A DNA stretch of 63,677 bases, counting the filler, from Octopus bimaculoides (lineage: Eukaryota), in NCBI RefSeq assembly GCF_001194135.2. It is 4 parts of 4 records of this genome, joined end to end, with 100 filler letters (N's around TTAATTAATTAA, not from the genome) between each part and the next. Parts side by side here need not be neighbours in the genome. Positions count along the whole stretch, not along the records: positions 1 to 25,834 come from NC_068981.1; 3 more parts are not named here. One strand, 5' to 3'. Numbering within the stretch: the first letter of the stretch is position 1; each line of letters opens with the position of its first letter. Below the pieces are notes generated by a model, which had not been told where the DNA came from, made no database searches, and saw nothing but the letters and a program-made list of their open reading frames with translations. This document shows positions 14,231-25,934 of this stretch, piece after piece. The translations under genes and the position numbers were made by a program.

Positions 14231-15040
14231 TGTATAAATGATCAATAATGTCATGATAAACTAAATGACAAAACTTGATCTTTTGACAGTTACAAATTAA
14301 GTTCAGTTATAATTCTTTTGATTATAAAGACCATTTTTCACATTTCTGTTGATGAAATATACAATATTTAGTTGAAAAAATTTTAATCAAAATGAGCAAA
14401 GATTTTTTTCAAACTCTTTGTTACTATATATATATATATATCTCCGTCCAGCTTCGTCCTACCACTAGTGTTCAATACTAGATTCGAGTTTGGCCGTACG
14501 GCTTTTTAATGTTTTCACTGTCATCTTTTCCTGTCTTGGTTTGTGTTTGCCACCTTGGAATCCTCTGTTTAGTGGGTTGGATCATTACTCGGGAAGAGAC
14601 TATTCTAGAGTACGTTCTGCCTTATCTTCGAAACATCTAGTTAGAATAGAGGCAGCTGACAAAGGATTAATTCCAAATGGCTATCTGTTTTCCTATGTGT
14701 TCATTCCATGGTCTGTAGTTCATTGTTCTATGTCCTGTACCCTGATATGCATCTATGTACACATGTAAATGTAAGTATGTACATATATGTGGGTATACAT
14801 GCATACATATTCTTTGTNNNNNNNNNNATATATATATCTGTTGAAATACACTGCCTTTGTTTCAATTAATTTTGAAAATAATGAAAAATTAGGTAAAATA
14901 ATGTTGTCATTAAGCTGATATTTGGAACATGAATTAACTTGATATTATAATGGAAGATTTTAGTTTAGATAATTTTAACTATGAAGTTTATATCATAGAT
15001 TCAGGGATGGTCTCAATTGGTTTAGAAACAGAAGGATTAA

Positions 15041-15260
15041 CCTATTAGGATTCAGATTATTCTGTCAAAAGTAATGCTTATTCATTCACATTGTTTTGAA
15101 TTAATTATGTATTTTATCAAAGCTTTGAGATTTTGATGAACCAACTATTAATTTTTAGAATAATATTGTAGGCTTGGTGTGAGAAGCCAGATCTAGTAAG
15201 TTTGAACATAAAGCAGACAGAATATTTTGGCCAAATATGGCTGGTTCAAATGCCCAAGGG
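15041..15260. mobile_element. piggyBac-like MITE
   Basis: TTAA on both sides (15037-15040, 15261-15264), ends CCTATTAG.../...CCCAAGGG; related copy at about 20928-21145. Confidence 0.7.
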
Positions 15261-15292
15261 TTAAATATGTAAAGCAGTTAAAAATATTTTAA

Positions 15293-15460
15293 ATAGGCAC
15301 AGGAGTGGCTGTGTGGTAAGTAGCTTGCTTACCAATCACATGGTTCTGGGTTCAGTCCCACTGCGTGGCACCTTGGGCAAGTGTCTTCTACTATAGCTTC
15401 GGGCTGACCAAAGCCTTGTGAGTGGATTTGGTAGATGGAAACTGAAAGAAGCCCGTCGTA

Positions 15461-15491
<31 letters not shown>

Positions 15492-16300
15492 NNNNNNNNN
15501 NNNNNNNNNNNNNNNNNNNNNNNNNNNNNNNNNNNNNNNNNNNNNNNNNNNNNNNNNNNNNNNNNNNNNNNNNNNNNNNNNNNNNNNNNNNNNNNNNNNN
15601 NNNNNNNNNNNNNNNNNNNNNNNNNNNNNNNNNNNNNNNNNNNNNNNNNNNNNNNNNNNNNNNNNNNNNNNNNNNNNNNNNNNNNNNNNNNNNNNNNNNN
15701 NNNNNNNNNNNNNNNNNNNNNNNNNNNNNNNNNNNNNNNNNNNNNNNNNNNNNNNNNNNNNNNNNNNNNNNNNNNNNNNNNNNNNNNNNNNNNNNNNNNN
15801 NNNNNNNNNNNNNNNNNNNNNNNNNNNNNNNNNNNNNNNNNNNNNNNNNNNNNNNNNNNNNNNNNNNNNNNNNNNNNNNNNNNNNNNNNNNNNNNNNNNN
15901 NNNNNNNNNNNNNNNNNNNNNNNNNNNNNNNNNNNNNNNNNNNNNNNNNNNNNNNNNNNNNNNNNNNNNNNNNNNNNNNNNNNNNNNNNNNNNNNNNNNN
16001 NNNNNNNNNNNNNNNNNNNNNNNNNNNNNNNNNNNNNNNNNNNNNNNNNNNNNNNNNNNNNNNNNNNNNNNNNTATATGTATGTATGTATGTGTATATGT
16101 TTGTGTCTCTGTTTGTCCCCCCCAACATCGCTTGACAACCAATGTTGGTGTGGTTACGTCCCCGTAACTTAGCAGTTTGGCAAAAGAGACCGATGGAATA
16201 AGTACCAAGCTTACAAAGAATAAGTCCTGGGGTCGATTTGCTCGACTAAAGGTGGTGCTCCAGCATGGCCACAGTCAAATGACTGAAACAAGTAAATGAG
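15293..16300 (+). mobile_element. Family B SINE spanning an assembly gap at its internal (TA)n microsatellite
   Basis: Head before the N-run (15492-16073) and tail after it. Confidence 0.8.
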
Positions 16301-17399
16301 TAAGTAATGTAAATCAGTGGAAAATTCTGGTTCTGTAATTGTCTTTTATTTCAAAACAAATTGTCTTAGCTTGAGAAAGAAGAGTAACAACAATAAATCT
16401 TCAGAGCCTTCAAGCCTGGTGTGAGAAAGGGACAAAGTTTTCTTCAGATTGGAGACTCCAGTCTGAATACTTGGGTATATAGTGGACTCCATTGAAAGTA
16501 CCCAAGTTCCAGTGGGTGCTGTTAAACCAGTCAACAGGTTAAAACTATCACTGAAGAATAAGGAATTCCTTCAACAGATAATCACACAACTTCCATTTAC
16601 CAAATGTTATTTACATGGCTTTGATTGGTCTGAAGCATGGTGTGTAGTTTATTTTGGTGTTGTACTTGTCTGACAAGTGACTTTATTTGAAAAATTGTTG
16701 AAACTGAAATAGCAACACCATGAAAACATCATATTTACCATTTCAGAAAATATAAAACCTGTTACATTCACTTTTGTTTGTTTATAATAGTACTATGTAC
16801 TGTGAAGTGTGTACTCTGCAATGTAGTGATTGACACAATTCCAGTTGCCAGGCTTCAGAAGCATGACAACTTTTTTTTCTTTTTTGACACTTCATAGTAC
16901 ATGGTACTATTAATAAATGCAAGTGAATGTAACAAGTTATTTTGTGTTTTCATAAAGGAGTATATACTTAACAAACTCAAAATAACAGAGACAATAATAA
17001 TGGTAGTGGTTAGAGATTGATATGTAACAGTATATCAATAGTTATATTGTTGATATGCAATTATATATCTATCTATATCTTAGCATTGTTTTAAACAGAT
17101 TTATGTCATCAAAGGTAGGCCTGCAAAAGAGAAAGAGAAAGAGAGAAAGGTTATTGTTTCTTTGACAAATTATACAGTTTAGCTGGGCTGATGATGAGAG
17201 CAAATTGTTTCCAACAATGATGGCAACGATGATGATGACAATGATGCAAAATTTTTGTTTTTATAATTATAGATTTTTTTTACAGTTTTAGATTTTTCTT
17301 TATCATCATCATCATTATTATTCTTTCATAACACAGTGTAGGTAAAAATGCACTGGAGTCTTTAGTCACCTTATTATTATTATTATTATTATTATTATT

Positions 17400-17613
17400 G
17401 TTCAGTAGTTTTATTTTTATAACGTGCTTTCACTTCACTACCGAGCGCAGCTCTGTGTGCCTTGGGTATGTGCTGTGGTTTGCTGTGATGCTCTTATGGT
17501 TACTGTATTGAAAGTGTTTTACGTAGGATGTGTGCAGTACCCAGTAGTGCAATTTTCTGTATGTTATATATATTTGTAAGTCCTGGTGTTTTTGTTATGT
17601 ATTTGTCTGAATA

Positions 17614-17615
<2 letters not shown>
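17400..17615 (-). mobile_element. R4/Dong-clade LINE 3' fragment embedded in (TAA)n
   Basis: Minus strand encodes ...NIYNIQKIALLGTAHILRKTLSIQ*, the typical C-terminus; (TTA)n on both flanks. Confidence 0.75.
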
Positions 17616-17662
<47 letters not shown>

Positions 17663-19475
17663 TATATACACTCAACAGATCAGACTGTTGGAAGAGAAAA
17701 GAATCCTAAAAGATTTTCCTAGTATTTCCTGCAGCTGAGGTTTGGGGTAGGGGTGGTATTTGTCAGTTTTAGGATGCTTGGGTTAGTGAAATCAGTGAGA
17801 AAACAATGTTTTTATTAATAATATTGTAACTTCATTTTTTATTGTGTGTGCCAATGCATCAACACACACGATCATTAGTATTACGATGGCTACAAGGTAC
17901 AGACTAAATAAATATTTTGTTTCTACTTTATGAATCATATTGTTAAATTTCTATTTCTCCATGACCTTAATTTAGATGACATACAAAATAAAATGAATTT
18001 TAAATTATTTGTAAAATAATTGAAATTTACAATTTTTTACTCTCTCATATTAAAATAGTTCTGATAAATTATATGTTGTGATTGTTTAGCTGCAGGTCAG
18101 CCCTGAACAAGCAGACCGCTGGTGAAAGACATTCCACTTATAACCATCTTTTCTCACTTTTGGACACTCTTATCTTGTACTACCAACTCAAATGTTTTGA
18201 GTTCAATTCTATTCCATGCATTTTGTTATGTGTCTAGGAAACTGATTTAGCTTTCAGAAATAGCTCTCAGATCAGGTGGAAATGTAACTGAAGATAAACC
18301 AGTATCTTATTTAAGCACAAGGCTGAACTGTTAAGTGTGTGATTTGAGAGAAATGTGCTGCTATGTTCATATAGTTCAAGAGACATCTTGTATGAGGTAA
18401 CCAATGACAGGACACAGAGCACTGTCATTGGTCACCCCATTAAAGTTCCTTTACATGTTACAAATTTATTTTGAAAATAATGAAGAATTTAGTGAAATAA
18501 TGTTGTCATTAAGAAACCGCAATCTTCTTACCGCGAGTCCGCTGCCCTAACCACTGGGTCATTGCACTTCCAACCTATACATTGTAATGTTTGAGATTTG
18601 AGCTAGAAACCTTTGATTCTAAATTTAGGATGATATTACTCTTATCTGCTAGATCACATTTACATACATACATGCTTGCATGCATGTGTGTGCTTGCATG
18701 CATGTGTGTGCATGCACACACACGAGTTCCATGAACTTTAAGAATGTTCTTTTTGCATTTCTTCATGGTTGGATGGTTCATTTGTTTATACAATGTCTTC
18801 CTCATGTATTTCCTGATACTAACCACTCAGCTGTGAAGTAGGACTGGAATCTGTGTTTTAATTCAGTCAAGCAAAATGGAGCAAGCAGGATTATATATGT
18901 CAAAGTCATGGTTACAATAGAATTGCTGTAGTCAGATCTGAACTTATAAGTAAATATATGTAAAGAGGATCTGAACTTATAAGTAAATATGTATACAGAG
19001 GCATATCCATATGTTTAACCCATAAAGCGCTGGGATTTGCACTTACATAGCATGGACTGCTGAGCACATTTTATGAAAATGAGACTACCAGGCACACATA
19101 AAAAACAAAAGATAGTTAAAATATCTTCTTAGTATATAATAGTGGTAAGTTTTACATCATCTGAAAAGTCATTAGTTGAACTATTTAGTCTTCTTGCATT
19201 CTGGTGGGGTATCAGAATGTTTGAGTAACATTAGACTCCAACAAACACCCATAAATTAAATGCATCTATCTGGACCATGATCATGGCTCATTCATGCTTT
19301 ATGTGTTAATAAACATATAGGTATATAAAACTTATTCTTGTGGTTAAACCACAATGTTTTTGACGATAGCTTCAGTCTTTCTGTGATGAGCAGTGACATT
19401 TGACATTATTAATTTTCAAGACAAAATGATTAACCCTTTTGGTACTGACTTGTCTGAGACTGTTCCTGGTTTTTT

Positions 19476-19900
19476 CTTTTATCTTTTACTTGTTTCAGTT
19501 ATTGGACTGACATTGCTGAGGCATCACCTTGTAGGGTTTAGTCAAACAAATTGTACTTATTTTTTTAGAGCCTGGTACTTATTCTATTAGTCTCTTATAC
19601 CAAACCACTAAGTTACAAGGATGTAAACAAACTAACACCAGTTGTCAAGTGGTGGAAGGGGGACAAACACAAAGAAACACACATGTGCACACACATGCAC
19701 ACACACATGCACACACACATATGCACACATATATATATATGATGGACTTTCACATAGTTTCCATCTACCAAATTCACTCACAAGGCATTGGTCAACCCAG
19801 GGCTATAATAGAAGACACTTACGCATGATGTTGTGCACTGGGACTGAATCCAAGATCATATGGTTGCAAAGTGAACTGAACCACACAGCCATAGCCATAC
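19476..19900 (-). mobile_element. Family B SINE
   Basis: Recurrent motifs. Confidence 0.75.
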
Positions 19901-20448
19901 CTGGATCTACACAGCCATACCTGCATCTACGCAGCTCTATGCTACAAATTTGCTGTTTAAATTGGTCTAAATTTAAACTTTTCATTAAAATCTCATGTTA
20001 ATATGTTTCAATCACTGTTTTCATAATGCAAAGTTATTTTATTAAATTCTCCATTATTTACAAAATTAATTGACGTAGAAACAAAAGAAGTGTATTTAAA
20101 CAGAAATAAGATAACAAAACAGTTAAGCAATGTGAGAGAAATTCCACAATTAATAGTATGTATGGCATGTTTCTGACACAATTAATAGTATATATGACAT
20201 GTTCCTGACACAAGTTGAAAGAAGACTTTTAGCTCTAGTTATTATTTTAATAAATGAATGAGATCTTAATGTACTTTCTAGATAGGATGGTTATTAATCA
20301 CCGGTTTAACTTCTTAAGTGGAATTATTTTCTCGCTGATAAAACTAGTTAAGTACTTTATCCAAAGACAGTACATTTCTTCATGCTGTATATTAACAACC
20401 AGCCTTAATTTACCAAGCAGTCATGGTACTCACACTAAGCTGTTTATG

Positions 20449-20488
<40 letters not shown>

Positions 20489-21832
20489 TATTACATGTAG
20501 GTAGGAAGGTTTCCTTTTCTTGTATTTTCCTATAGTCAATCAATAACTGCTTTCAGATCAAATGATTTTTTTTTTGTCTATTGGATATTTGTAGAAAATA
20601 TATATATCTGAGCAAGTGCTAGATTATAACTAGTGCAGAAATAATCCAAAGAAAACTCGAGATAATGTAGTCTTACTCTGACCTAAGAGGTTATAAGAAG
20701 AAATGATAAAGGACAGAAGAATTCAGAGAGCAGCCATTTTGTCTGGCTAACTAAGCATAAAATCATAGATCATGATGATGATGATATGCATAAAACAGTA
20801 GATGTAATTAAGTGAAATTCAATCTTTTTAGTTTGTTTAGTCTTGTGAGCCAGTAGTTTGGCAAGTCATAAATGCGCTGTTTCTCCAGTTAAAGTATATT
20901 TAGAATTCATTGTTAATTGTATATTAACCCATTAACATCCAGATTATCCTGTCAATTATAATGTTTATTTATTCATATTGTTTTGAATTAATCATGCATT
21001 ATCTTGTAGCATCAAAATTTTGATGATTGATTGTATATTTTTAGAATGACATTGTAGGGTAGTTGTGAAGGCCAGATCTGGCTGGTTTGGCCATAAAACA
21101 GGTAGAATATTTGAATCAGATATGGATGGTTTAAATGCTAAGTGCAGAGATTCTCTTTCACTATCTCGATTTCAAACATATTTATTTGCTATTCTATACC
21201 TAATCAAAAGTGTTGATCTGGGCAAATAATTCTTAATATGACTATGATAATTTTCTCAGTTTTACAATGTAGTCAGAATGACTACTTAAATTTGTCTGTC
21301 AGATTAGCAAAGTGTTAATGTATGAAAACTAATTGTATGCAAAGAAATATTTTACAAGTTGAGTGCATTTATATTTGTAAGTCTCAGTTGCACATTAACT
21401 TGTAGCCTATAAAACTATAAACATGATCATACATAAATTTTGAAGAAAGTTAAAAAAATACTGGGATAAAAATAAATAGCCATTACCTATTTTACCTTTT
21501 ATCTTTTACTGGCCTTACTCATTTGACTGTGGCCAACAGTAACTTTCTTTTATTATGGTTCATCATCATCATCATCATCATCATCATTTAACATCCATTT
21601 TCCATGCTGTTGTGCGTTGGATGGTTTGAGAGGAGCCAGCAAGCCAGAGAGTTGCACCAGGCTCCAGTTGTCTGTTTTGGTAAATTTTCTATGGTTGATT
21701 GCCCTTCCTAATACCAACCACTTCACAGAGTGTACTGGGTGCTTTTTACATGGAAGCAGCACAAGTGCTTTTTATGTGGCACTAGCACTGGTCCTTTTCA
21801 CATTTGTCCATGGTCCACATATAAATTAGATA

Positions 21833-21953
21833 ACCTTACATTATTTACATTATTTACATTTGATGGATATTTGTCCTCGTTTTGTTTGTTGTTAGCACAA
21901 TGTTTCGGCTGATATACCCTCCAGCCTTCATTAGGTGTATTGGGGAAATTTCG

Positions 21954-22011
<58 letters not shown>

Positions 22012-22063
22012 TCACTGCTTGGAATCGGACTCGGAATCTTAACCACTACGCCATATGCCCATG
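21833..22063 (-). mobile_element. tRNA-headed SINE-like element with hammerhead-motif tail (left arm of palindrome)
   Basis: Reverse complement of 22068-22330 apart from scattered substitutions and two indels. Confidence 0.8.
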
Positions 22064-22067
22064 AGCC

Positions 22068-22335
22068 CATGGGCATATGGCGTAGTGGTTAAGAGCATGG
22101 GCTACTAACCCCAAGATTCCGAGTCCGATTCCAAGCAGTGACCTGAATAATAATAATAATAATAATAACAACAACAACATAAAAAGATACCTTAGGAACG
22201 AGAACCTAGGTTCAAAATTTCCCCAAGACACCTGATGAAGGCTGGAGGGTATATCAGCTGAAACGTGTTAACAACAAACAAGATGAGGACAAATATCCGT
22301 CAAATGTAAATAATGTACATAATTCCTCATCTCTT
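22068..22335 (+). mobile_element. tRNA-headed SINE-like element with hammerhead-motif tail (right arm of palindrome)
   Basis: A-box TGGCGTAGTGG, anticodon-arm-like GGG-CTACTAA-CCC, B-box-like GAGTCCGATTCC, (AAT)n(AAC)n, then ACAC-CTGATGA-A-GGCTG...CAGCT-GAAAC. Confidence 0.8.
22226..22270 (+). ncRNA. Minimal type-I hammerhead ribozyme motif, damaged at the cleavage site
   Basis: CTGATGA 22232-22238, stem II GGCTG/CAGCT, GAAAC 22260-22264; 3 nt shorter than the left-arm copy just after GAAAC. Confidence 0.65.
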
Positions 22336-23329
22336 AAACTGTTATGTCTCAAGCTACTGCTATGTAGCACCTTCGGATGATCTCTACTCAACTACTACAC
22401 AACTGATACTCAACTGCTACTCAACACTTCCTACCATGGCCAGACTACCTCGATTTATATGTCTTGGGAGATCCTACTTCTTCGCCTGAGGGCGTCGACA
22501 CAACATAAATATAGAACTGTAGATTATCTTACATATAGAAATATCTCTTCATACTTTCTTCCTATTTCCATCACTGACAATTCTCATGTTAGTGAAAATA
22601 AGACAACTCATTACACAAAATACTATCTAAAACCCATCAATTGCTCAATCACCCACAAATACATTAAATTTGAAACATTTTTATAAAAGATCCAAGGCCC
22701 ACAAAACACATTTTGGTCATCTATCTGTTGCTTGTATTAGATGATTCAGTCCTAAGAAAGAAGAAGCTTATAAGGTTTCAAACGTAGCTCCCTGTAGAGA
22801 ATTATGTATGTAAGCTAAATACAAGAACTTGTCTATAATTTAGAGTAAATGATTGAGGAATCACATTGGCTGCATAATGTGCTAATCGCTTGGATTATCT
22901 GCTTATATTCTAAAACAGCTGGCATTGAATTGAATTGAATATGACTAGATCAAATGTTCTACTGTCAGTAAGTCTGGAGGATTAAAGACTGATTCAGTGC
23001 TGGTAGAAGGCACAGAGATTTCAGTTGATCCATTGATTGTAAAATACTAATAATTGATACCCTTGTTCTTCATATTGACTGAACTTATCAAACATTGTTA
23101 TAATTTGTTTCAGATTCTTATTTTCACATTGTTCAGTTTGGAATTTTTTAATAATTCACAAGTATTTTTTCAAGATTTCTAGCTTACAACAGTAGTATTG
23201 AGTTGTTACAGTAATAGTTGTAAGCATTGTCTTATAACTTCTCTTCCTCAAGTTGTCCATTGTTACAAGCCATAATAGTTGTTCACGTCTGTTTTCAGTC
23301 AATATTTAAATTATTCGGTATGATTGGTA

Positions 23330-23620
23330 ACATTTTCTATGATTACAATATATTAGATGAGCCAATCGCAAGACGAGCCAATCGCAAGACGAGCCAATCG
23401 CAAGACGAGCCAATTGCAAGACGAGCCAATCGCAAGGGGTAGACCAAGAACAAGATGGTTGGATAATATCCACAATCTTTGTTGGTCATGTTTGGGAATC
23501 CAGCTGCAAAGTATAAGGACAGCTGCTTCTTTTAGGATCTTATGGAAGAGGTGCCTGAGGACTTTACCCCTACAACCATTCCAGGAACAAAGAGCAGAAA
23601 AAATGGATGGATGGATGGAC
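23330..23620 (+). mobile_element. 3' end of an RTE (Expander/Rex3-like) LINE with (TGGA)n tail
   Basis: Encodes RGRPRTRWLDNIHNLCWSCLGIQLQSIRTAASFRILWKRCLRTLPLQP, resembling the recalled RTE C-terminal RGRPRTRW...LGIP...W..LL..LPPRP; ends in atggatggatggatgga. Confidence 0.65.
23356..23435 (+). repeat. Tandem array, 5 x 16 bp (GACGAGCCAATCGCAA)
   Basis: Five units read directly, with two single-base variants. Confidence 0.95.
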
Positions 23621-24367
23621 ATGTATTTTACACCTATTTGTAGGTTTATTTTTTTAGCTATATATTCTCCCAGTTAAACCTAACACTCATTGAAATCTTT
23701 TGCTGTTTTGTCTACAGCTTTTAAAAGCTGGAATCAGTTTTTTTTTACTCATTTATCTTTCTTTCTATTCCTTATTATTTGTTTGGCTTTAAATGCTGAC
23801 TACTGAATCAACTGCTCGACATAGATGTCTTTGTGTCCAGCTGAATCTATTTCTGAGTAGATGGATTGACATATTTCAAGATCTGTTTGGTCAGTTTTAA
23901 TAACCATTTATAGAAGTGCACCAGAATTAAATAATGTTTTCTTTCCATCAAATTGATGTTTTTCCTTACTAAAAGAAATCAAGATTGTTCTAGTTTCTGT
24001 AAGATTCTTGTGAATTAATCTATTTCACTTAACTGCTTATAGGATTTCTTACATATTGTATTTCCTCAAACTGATGCTTTTCCTTAAATCTAACTTAACT
24101 CCTTTTATTCATTTAATCTGTTGTCATTGTTTGTTTATGGGTATGCTTATATTGATGAAACACAGAATATCTCGATACCAATCTCAATGAGATATGCTAA
24201 TATAAATCTAGTTGCCTTATGCCTCACTAACATTAATATTTACCTGTTGGTTGGCATTCTGTACCTCATACAAGAGAGATGTTATTAATACTGAAAAAAC
24301 ACAAAACAGAAGCCAATGTTTTGATGAAAGACATTCATTATAGGTTTTATTGTAGCTGAGGATGTTA

Positions 24368-24692
24368 ATTATACCAATAATAATCATACATGCTGGTTCT
24401 GTTTTACTTCTTTATTAATGAATTGATTGGCCATTTAACTAATAAACTAATTAAATGTTTGTTTAATCATTTAGTCAATCAATCAATCAACTAGGTTTGT
24501 CAAAGTCCTTTTGTTGCCATTTGTGACCTCAATTACATGCCCTCTCAACTTCAGGATTCTGACAAATTTGGCTGATTGGTTGATTGACCAAACAATTAAT
24601 CAAACAGTTGATTAGTTAATTAGTTAAATGATTAACCAATTGATTTATGAATATAAAGAAGTGAAACAGGGTGTGTTTATTATTGGCATAAT
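24368..24692. mobile_element. Old fold-back element (imperfect ~140-bp inverted arms, ~45-bp spacer)
   Basis: 24368-24508 is the imperfect reverse complement of 24554-24692. Confidence 0.7.
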
Positions 24693-25625
24693 GATCCTCC
24701 CAAGAGACAATAAATATGCCACCCTCTCACTTTGGTCCTCTTTTATCACTTTTTCTTCTATTAGCTAGGAATGAGACAGCCCTGAGACAACATAGGGTTG
24801 AGAGGATCCTTTGATTTTGATGAAGATTTTGATGAATAACCATTCTACTGTTAGTGCCATAAAATGCGCTTAGTACACTCTATAAAGTAGTTGGTGATAA
24901 AAAAAAAAAGGTGTCCACCCATAGAAGCCATGACAAAAGTGGAATATATGAGAACTATGTGGTACTCAATCTGTCTAAGAGAACAGTAACTCCAAATACA
25001 AACTGACTTTGATTGTGATGACCCATCTGGTTCAGACCAGATGTAAAACAATGTTGATGATGATATTGGTCTGATGAAAAAGACCTTATAATTAAGAAAC
25101 AATCCAATCAATTCTTATTTCATGAAAGGATTAACATAATGTATTGTCTGATGACAAAGAACTTATTTATTTAAAAATTTGTGAAACGGAACGAAGTTAG
25201 TGTCTCAAAACTGCCGTTATATATGTATTTTATACTAGCAGAGATATTCAGTATTGCTCGGGATTAAAATGACATATTTATTGTTTTACTGGTTTCAGTG
25301 ATGTGACTGCAGCCATGCTGCAGCACTGACTAGTTGAACAAATCAGTCCTGCAACTTATTTTTGGTAAGCCTATTATTCTGTTGGTGTCTTTTGGCGAAC
25401 CGCTATGTTATGGGAACATCGGTTGTCAAGCGATGGTGGAGATACAAAGATACACACACATACGACAGTCTTCTCTCAGTTTCTGTGTACGAGATCCACT
25501 CACACGGTTTGGTCAGCCTGAGGCTGTAGTATATATATGTATGTATATAATGTATGTATGTAATATATATGTGTATGTATGTATATATATATGTATGTAG
25601 GTATATATATATATGTATGTATATG

Positions 25626-25656
<31 letters not shown>

Positions 25657-25795
25657 GCATATCATCATCATCATTTAATGTCCGCTTTCCATGGTAGCAT
25701 GGATTGGACGATTTGACTGAGGACTGGTGAAACCGGATGGCAACATGTATGTATATATATATGTATGTATGTATATATATATGTATGTATATATG

Positions 25796-25834
<39 letters not shown>

Positions 25835-25934
25835 NNNNNNNNNNNNNNNNNNNNNNNNNNNNNNNNNNNNNNNNNNNNTTAATTAATTAANNNNNNNNNN
25901 NNNNNNNNNNNNNNNNNNNNNNNNNNNNNNNNNN
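25835..25934. other. Artificial scaffold-join linker N44-TTAATTAATTAA-N44
   Basis: Exactly 100 bp, stop-codon spacer, repeated identically at 35371 and 51772. Confidence 0.95.

Noticed and set aside
14490-14768. Signal-peptide-like ORF as first exon of the E3 ligase
   Set aside because: Starts at TTG, has no PA-domain motifs and no phase-compatible donor.
15329-16208. Long ORFs of 220-290 aa in the ORF track
   Set aside because: Composed of X residues from the N gap plus (TA)n translation; similar artefacts at 33579-34349, 36631-37188, 42543-43271, 45581-46145 and 54888-55472.
18910-18990. Short tandem duplications (also 20143-20210 and 48790-48873)
   Set aside because: Two-unit 31-40 bp duplications typical of replication slippage; no further structure.
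23356-23435. CRISPR-like array
   Set aside because: Contiguous tandem units without unique spacers, eukaryotic context, no cas genes.
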